DNA of 43,301 nt from a bacterium (GTDB lineage: Bacteria > Patescibacteriota > Minisyncoccia > Minisyncoccales > CG1-02-41-26), in contig JAGYMG010000001.1 in assembly GCA_018400675.1 (NCBI GenBank), forward strand, positions 1 through 43,301, in the 5' to 3' direction. The notes below the pieces were generated by a model. It saw only the letters and a program-made list of their open reading frames with translations. It was not told where the DNA came from and ran no database searches. Positions 38,402 through 43,301 of the stretch are shown here, in pieces. The translations under genes were made by a program, and so were the position numbers. How positions within the stretch are numbered: position 1 is the first letter of the stretch; each line of letters starts with the position of its first letter.

Positions 38402-38638
38402 CTAAAAGGGCAGATCCTCTACCGTTAATTCCCCCTTTATTCTACTATTTCCTTGAGAATTATCAACCTTTTTTTCTTCAATCTGATGGGCTTGGCTTGG
38501 TAAGGGATTTTTCTTGCCCTCTAGTATTTTCCCATAACTCTGGAAAGACATCAGGACAGCTAATGGTTCCCCGTTTTCCACGATAATAACTTTTTCGTCA
38601 CCATCCAATAATAATTTTTTGATATTATCTAATTCCAT
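38402..38638 (-). CDS. Small Phd/YefM-like protein with an EDLPF C-terminus
   Basis: KVIIVENGEPLAVLMSFQSY resembles the Phd/YefM core; starts 5 bp after the fusA stop. Confidence 0.55.
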   Translation of the reverse strand: MELDNIKKLLLDGDEKVIIVENGEPLAVLMSFQSYGKILEGKKNPLPSQAHQIEEKKVDNSQGNSRIKGELTVEDLPF

Positions 38639-38643
38639 AATTA

Positions 38644-40719
38644 TTAACTCCTCTTACCGTCAATGATCTCCTGGGCTATGTTTTCCGGCACCTTATCATA
38701 GTGGTCAAACTCCATAGTGAAGGTACCCCTTCCCTGGGTCAAAGACCTTAAGCTAGTAGCATAGCCGAACATTTCCGCTAAAGGAATTTTTGTATCAATA
38801 ACTTTAAGATTAACTCGATCATTTGTTTTTTCAATAATTCCTCTCCTCCTGTTAAGGTCCCCTATGACATCACCAAAAAATTCTGAAGGGATAACTACTT
38901 CTGATTTCATTATGGGCTCCAGAATAATAGCTGTCGCTTTCTTAGCTGCTTCTTGGAAACATTGGGAGGCAGCAATCTTAAAGGCTATCTCTGAGGAGTC
39001 CACATCGTGGAAGGAGCCGTCATAAAGAGTGACAGTCAAGTCAATCATAGGATAGCCAGCAACAACACCTTTATCCATTGCCTCCTTAACTCCTTTTTCT
39101 ACGGCTGGAATAAATTCCTGAGGTATAACGCCCCCTTTGATAGCATTGACAAATTCAAACCCTTCACCTCTTTCCTTAGGCTCCAGCCTAAGAAGAACAT
39201 GGCCATATTGTCCCCGACCTCCGGATTGACGAATATATTTTCCTTCCGCGGCCGCTTCCTGACAAATCGTTTCTTTATAGGCTACCTGGGGACGGCCTAC
39301 ATTAGCTTCAACGTTAAATTCTCTCTTCATCCTATCCACTAAAACATCCAAGTGGAGCTCGCCCATTCCAGAAATAATTGTCTCTCCAGTTTCCAAATCC
39401 TCCTTCTGGCGGAAGGTAGGGTCTTCGTCAGCCAAGCGATTAAGAGCAGTAAATAATTTTTCCTGATCGTCCTTGGTCTTAGGCTCAATCCTGATAGAAA
39501 TAACCGGTTCTGGGAAGGTTATTTCCTCAAGGACAATAGGCTTGCTTTCGTCGCAGAGGGTGTGACCGGTAGAACTGTTCTTTAAACCAACAACTGCTGC
39601 AATATCACCGGCAAAGACCTCTTCAATCTCCTTCCTGGTATTGGAATGCATCCTTAGCATTCTACCCACCCGCTCTCTCTCACCAGAAACAGGATTCCAC
39701 ACATAGGAACTTTTATTTAGCGTGCCAGAATAAACACGGAAATAACTAAGCGTACCAACATAAGGATCAGCAGCTACTTTAAAAACCAAAGCTGCAAAGG
39801 GCTCATTATCGTCCGCTTTTCTTTCCATAGCTGCACCCGTCTTAGGATCGACCCCTTTCACTGGAGGTACCTCGGTAGGATTAGGCAGATATTGGATAAC
39901 AGCGTTTAAGAGTGGTTGGACACCTTTGTTCTTTAAGGCAGAGCCACAAAAGACAGGAACTAGATTATATTTTAGAGTAGCTGACCTTAAAACCTTAACC
40001 CATTCTTCTTCTTTAATTTCTTCCTCGGCTAGGAATTTTTCCAAGAGGGATTCATCTTCAGCCGCAATTTTTTCTAAGGTTCTTTTTCTGACCGCTGCAG
40101 CCTGTTCTTTAAGGTTTTCTGGTATCTCTGCCTCCCTCACCTGCTCACCAAAATCTCCTTCAAAATAGAGAGCTTTCATCTTAATAATATCAACCACTCC
40201 CTCGAGATTACTCTCTTTGCCAATAGGTATCTGTACAGCTACAGCATTGGGCGACAGTTTATCTAATATTGATTGAAAGCTTTGATCAAAGTCTGCCCCC
40301 ATTCTATCCATTTTATTAATAAAACAAATACGAGGGATGTTAAACTTGTCAGCTTGGCGCCAGACGGTTTCCGACTGAGGCTCCACGCCGGCAACACCAT
40401 CGAAAACAACTACTGCCCCGTCTAAGACTCTCAGAGACCGCTGGACCTCTACCGTAAAATCAATATGTCCTGGCGTATCAATGATATTTATCCAATTATC
40501 GCCCCACTTACAAGTAGTAGCAGCTGAGGTGATGGTAATTCCTCTCTCTCTTTCCTGGACCATCCAATCCATAATTGCTTCACCATTATGTACCTCGCCT
40601 ATTTTATGGCTAAGACCGGTATAAAATAAAATACGCTCGGAAACTGTTGTTTTTCCGGCATCTATATGGGCAATAATACCTATATTCCTTGTTTTTTCAA
40701 TTGGGCACAATCTCGGCAT
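38644..40719 (-). CDS. fusA: Elongation factor G
   Basis: [42 protein letters not shown]. Confidence 0.98.
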   Translation of the reverse strand: MPRLCPIEKTRNIGIIAHIDAGKTTVSERILFYTGLSHKIGEVHNGEAIMDWMVQERERGITITSAATTCKWGDNWINIIDTPGHIDFTVEVQRSLRVLDGAVVVFDGVAGVEPQSETVWRQADKFNIPRICFINKMDRMGADFDQSFQSILDKLSPNAVAVQIPIGKESNLEGVVDIIKMKALYFEGDFGEQVREAEIPENLKEQAAAVRKRTLEKIAAEDESLLEKFLAEEEIKEEEWVKVLRSATLKYNLVPVFCGSALKNKGVQPLLNAVIQYLPNPTEVPPVKGVDPKTGAAMERKADDNEPFAALVFKVAADPYVGTLSYFRVYSGTLNKSSYVWNPVSGERERVGRMLRMHSNTRKEIEEVFAGDIAAVVGLKNSSTGHTLCDESKPIVLEEITFPEPVISIRIEPKTKDDQEKLFTALNRLADEDPTFRQKEDLETGETIISGMGELHLDVLVDRMKREFNVEANVGRPQVAYKETICQEAAAEGKYIRQSGGRGQYGHVLLRLEPKERGEGFEFVNAIKGGVIPQEFIPAVEKGVKEAMDKGVVAGYPMIDLTVTLYDGSFHDVDSSEIAFKIAASQCFQEAAKKATAIILEPIMKSEVVIPSEFFGDVIGDLNRRRGIIEKTNDRVNLKVIDTKIPLAEMFGYATSLRSLTQGRGTFTMEFDHYDKVPENIAQEIIDGKRS

Positions 40720-40745
40720 AATTTTTATAATTGTCTAATGAATGA

Positions 40746-41210
40746 TTAATGGGCAAAATGAGCAAAAGCACGATTTGCTTCAGCCATTCTGTGCATATTA
40801 CTTTTTTTCTTAACAGCTTCTCCTTCGTTATTATAAGCATTGACAATCTCTTCAGCTAATCTTTTCTCCATTGTCTTCCCTGACTTTGAGTTGGCTATAT
40901 TAATAATCCAGCGCATAGCCAAGCTTTCTCTCCTCTCCCCCTTTACTTCCTTGGGCACCTGATAAGTAGCTCCGCCTACCCGTTGGGGCTTCACCTCTAC
41001 TAAAGGAGAAACGTTTTCTATGGCTCGCTCTAACACTTCCAAGGGTTCTTTCTTAGATTTTTCCTTTATAATTTCCATTGTCTGATAGAGAATCTTCCGG
41101 GCCACTGATTTTTTCCCGCCTTTCATTATTTTATTAATAAACCTCGAGACGAGAACACTTTCATAATTAAAATCAGGGATAACTTCTCTTTTTTTAAATT
41201 TTTTAGCCAT
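40746..41210 (-). CDS. rpsG: 30S ribosomal protein uS7
   Basis: RVGGATYQVP, HRMAEANRAFAH. Confidence 0.97.
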   Translation of the reverse strand: MAKKFKKREVIPDFNYESVLVSRFINKIMKGGKKSVARKILYQTMEIIKEKSKKEPLEVLERAIENVSPLVEVKPQRVGGATYQVPKEVKGERRESLAMRWIINIANSKSGKTMEKRLAEEIVNAYNNEGEAVKKKSNMHRMAEANRAFAHFAH

Positions 41211-41216
41211 AGATTA

Positions 41217-41630
41217 TTATTTTTTTTCTTTCTTGGTCCCGTACTTTGAACGTTGTTGTTTCCTGCCCTCTACGCCCCCAGCGTCAAGATTACCTCTAAC
41301 AACATGATATCTTACACCAGCTAGATCCTTTACCCTGCCCCCTCTGATCAGCACCATTGAATGCTCCTGCAAGACATGACCTTCACCGGGAACATAGGCA
41401 GTAACCTCCATGCCATTACTTAACTTCACCCTAGCCACTTTTCTTAATGCAGAGTTAGGTTTCTTGGGAGTAACAGTATAAACCTTCAAACAGATACCTC
41501 TTTTGAAAGGAGAATAATACTTACTGGGACGATTCTTCTTAGCGTTAAAACCAAAACTCAAGGCTCTCATCTTGACCTTTTTCTTAGGCTGCTGTCTGGG
41601 CTTCTTTACAAGTTGTCTAATTGTAGGCAT
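41217..41630 (-). CDS. rpsL: 30S ribosomal protein uS12
   Basis: [25 protein letters not shown]. Confidence 0.98.
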   Translation of the reverse strand: MPTIRQLVKKPRQQPKKKVKMRALSFGFNAKKNRPSKYYSPFKRGICLKVYTVTPKKPNSALRKVARVKLSNGMEVTAYVPGEGHVLQEHSMVLIRGGRVKDLAGVRYHVVRGNLDAGGVEGRKQQRSKYGTKKEKK

Positions 41631-41680
41631 GTCTTTATATTATAAACAAAAAATTAAAACGCATTCAGCGTCTGCCATAT

Positions 41681-41709
41681 AAATTAGCAGACAAAAATTA
41701 ATATGTCAA
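41681..41709 (-). promoter_or_regulatory. Putative str-operon promoter overlapped by an inverted repeat
   Basis: TTGACA (41704-41709), 17 bp spacer, TGcTAATTT; GTCTGC...GCAGAC arms at 41670-41675 and 41687-41692. Confidence 0.5.
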
Positions 41710-41721
41710 TATTATTTATTC

Positions 41722-42351
41722 TCAAAAACCAACACCGGTTATTAAAGAATAAATTATGCTAACTAAAGGGATAATCAAAGGGATAAGAAAAAAGATAAAA
41801 AACAATAAAATGAATAACTGATACTGAATTAAAAATCTTTTAAGGTTATCCAGCGTCCTGGGCAAAAAAGCAAAAAGGATATGGGAACCATCCAAGGGCG
41901 GAATAGGCATAAGGTTAAAAACAGCTAACAGCACATTAATCCAAACAATATAGCTGAAAAATATTGACAGATTGCTGGCTAAAACAGGGTTAGGCAATAA
42001 AGGCAGTAAACGCATAAGGATGCCGAAAAAACCGGCTACTAAAAAATTACTCACTGGCCCGGCGGCAGCCACTTTGGCATTGCCATAAGCCTTATCTTTG
42101 AGATTCAAAGGATTAACCGGCACCGGCTTTGCCCAGCCAATGACAAAACCCGTATTGGCCAGAATCAACATCACCGGAACTAAAAAAGAACCAATCGGAT
42201 CTAGGTGCTTGATAGGATTAAGAGTTAAACGGCCAGCCATCCGAGCAGTGGAGTCTCCTAAATAGTCTGCCATCAGACCATGAGATACCTCATGGATGAC
42301 AATAGAGAAAAGAAGTACCAGTATTGAAAAAATAATAATTATTAATTCCAT
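41722..42351 (-). CDS. Site-2 protease (peptidase M50) family membrane metalloprotease
   Basis: HEVSH, GRLTLNP, GWAKPVP, AAAGP, FNLMPIPPLDG. Confidence 0.93.
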   Translation of the reverse strand: MELIIIIFSILVLLFSIVIHEVSHGLMADYLGDSTARMAGRLTLNPIKHLDPIGSFLVPVMLILANTGFVIGWAKPVPVNPLNLKDKAYGNAKVAAAGPVSNFLVAGFFGILMRLLPLLPNPVLASNLSIFFSYIVWINVLLAVFNLMPIPPLDGSHILFAFLPRTLDNLKRFLIQYQLFILLFFIFFLIPLIIPLVSIIYSLITGVGF

Positions 42352-42379
42352 TGCAATTTTTCAGAAAATATATTAGTAT
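42351..42379 (+). promoter_or_regulatory. Promoter for rpmB and tRNA-Pro
   Basis: TTGCAA (42351-42356), 17 bp spacer, TAGTAT (42374-42379). Confidence 0.45.
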
Positions 42380-42408
42380 AACTCTGTAATTAAAATAACT
42401 TTAAGAGC

Positions 42409-42744
42409 ATGTCTAAAGTGTGCCAAATCTGCGGTAAAAAATCAATAGTGGCCAGAAAGAGAAACAAGCTGAGAGGAAAATATAATCCTACTCCTAAAAA
42501 AAGAAAATATCCCAATCTCCAATGGGTCCGTTTGCCATGGGGCAAAAGAGTCTTAGCTTGCACCCGCTGTATAAAGACTCTCTCCAAAACAAAGAGAAAA
42601 GAATCAGCTATCTCTCAACAAGAAGAAATTATTACCCAGGAAGAAGAGCCCAAAAAAGAAAAAGAGGAAGTGGCTGTAGCTAAAAAAACCACTAAAAAAA
42701 AGGCTCCTTCAAAGAAAGAGACAAAGAAGAAAAAGAATAAATAA
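42409..42744 (+). CDS. rpmB: 50S ribosomal protein bL28 with a charged C-terminal tail
   Basis: MSKVCQICGK, PNLQ, CTRCIK. Confidence 0.92.
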   Translation: MSKVCQICGKKSIVARKRNKLRGKYNPTPKKRKYPNLQWVRLPWGKRVLACTRCIKTLSKTKRKESAISQQEEIITQEEEPKKEKEEVAVAKKTTKKKAPSKKETKKKKNK

Positions 42745-42753
42745 TTTCTTCTC

Positions 42754-42825
42754 CGGGATGTTGTATAGTGGTTATTATACAGGGCTGGGGGTCCTGTGAC
42801 CTGGGTTCGATTCCCAGCATCCCGA
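42754..42825 (+). tRNA. tRNA-Pro(GGG)
   Basis: Acceptor CGGGATG/CATCCCG; anticodon arm CAGGG-CTGGGGG-TCCTG (GGG at 42787-42789); T-arm CTGGG-TTCGATT-CCCAG; CCA not encoded. Confidence 0.93.
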
Positions 42826-42828
42826 AAG

Positions 42829-42858
42829 AAAAACTGCCTTTCCCAAGGCAGCTTTTTA
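42829..42858. terminator. Bidirectional intrinsic terminator
   Basis: CTGCCTT-tccc-AAGGCAG flanked by A and T tracts. Confidence 0.8.
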
Positions 42859-42869
42859 TTAGAAACAAA

Positions 42870-43005
42870 AGCCCCATTCTTGCTCTCAATATATCCTAGA
42901 ATAAATGCAATGGCGGGACTCGCACGCCAGACCCGATGAGCCTGACAAATATTGAATCCCTGCTAAGATATTTTGTCTAGAAATTTAATTGAGAAGAACG
43001 GGGCT
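42870..43005 (-). ncRNA. Rod-shaped structured RNA, candidate 6S RNA
   Basis: Nested stems AGCCCCGUUCUU/AAGAAUGGGGCU, CUCAAU/AUUGAG, UCUAGA/UCUAGG, GGGAUUC/GAGUCCC, GUCAGGC/GUCUGGC; the G-U pairs work only on the minus strand; central AU-rich bubble; own promoter. Confidence 0.65.
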
Positions 43006-43012
43006 ATTATTA

Positions 43013-43042
43013 ATTGTAGATAAGACGAACAGACATTGTCAA
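43013..43042 (-). promoter_or_regulatory. sigma70 promoter of the ncRNA
   Basis: TTGACA (43037-43042), 18 bp spacer, TACAAT (43013-43018); predicted start about 43006, at the 5' end of the stem. Confidence 0.7.
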
Positions 43043-43050
43043 GCTAAGAA

Positions 43051-43299
43051 CTAGAACATTATCTCTTCTTCGTTTCTCTTATAATGGAAGATATCTTCAG
43101 CCGCAAACCAAAAACCTAATTCATGCTCTACTTCTTCTGGGCTCTCTGAAGCATGGACAATATTATGGATAGATCGCTTTTCCCGATTAGCTGCTGTAGC
43201 ATCATCTACTGAAAAATCACCCCTAATTGTCCCCATCTCTGCTTTGGATGGCATCGTATCACCGGTTACCTTCCTCACCATCTCGATAGCATGCACACC
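43051..43299 (-). CDS. ndk: Nucleoside diphosphate kinase, 3' part (truncated by the window edge)
   Basis: GTIRGDF, NIVHASES..E...E...WF. Confidence 0.92.
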   Translation of the reverse strand, partial: GVHAIEMVRKVTGDTMPSKAEMGTIRGDFSVDDATAANREKRSIHNIVHASESPEEVEHELGFWFAAEDIFHYKRNEEEIMF

Positions 43300-43301
43300 C
43301 T

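Noticed and set aside
1406..40168. Numerous plus-strand ORFs of 60-136 aa antisense to core genes (e.g. 1406..1714, 14426..14824, 27951..28352, 31404..31814, 39007..39342)
   Set aside because: Shadow frames of well-conserved minus-strand genes; Phe/Ser/Leu-rich with no recognisable motifs
42390..42889. Minus-strand ORFs 42390..42587 and 42692..42889
   Set aside because: Antisense to rpmB and tRNA-Pro
42870..43005. SRP (4.5S) RNA
   Set aside because: The apical hairpin lacks the conserved GNRA tetraloop and CAGG/AGCA internal loop

Overview
Bacterial chromosomal segment read with the standard code 11 (TGA ends rpsJ; TAG ends tuf and rplN). It is most likely from a Patescibacteria/CPR (Parcubacteria-like) organism, inferred from the absence of rpmD/uL30 between rpsE and rplO, Lys/Glu-rich extensions on ribosomal proteins, a shortened AlaRS, an FtsA-like/baseplate-J-like gene pair and few Shine-Dalgarno sites. 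About 13-42 kb is the minus-strand str/S10/spc/alpha ribosomal supercluster, split between map and infA by a 7-gene block. The right end carries a site-2 protease, rpmB, tRNA-Pro(GGG), a promoter-driven rod-shaped ncRNA (6S-like) and partial ndk. The left end carries holB, mreB, murA (Cys-to-Asp type) and an IspD/TarI-like gene. The highlight is an AT-rich four-gene cassette at 4298-7495: an unannotated 59-aa Cys/Ser/Thr/Gly-rich precursor peptide, a YcaO cyclodehydratase, a SagB-type dehydrogenase and an Erm-like 23S rRNA methyltransferase. This is a candidate minimal azol(in)e RiPP cluster whose putative self-resistance gene points to a ribosome exit-tunnel target. Upstream lie a SAM methyltransferase and a membrane/GAF histidine kinase interrupted by one in-frame TAG. 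All calls come from reading motifs by eye; no database searches were run.
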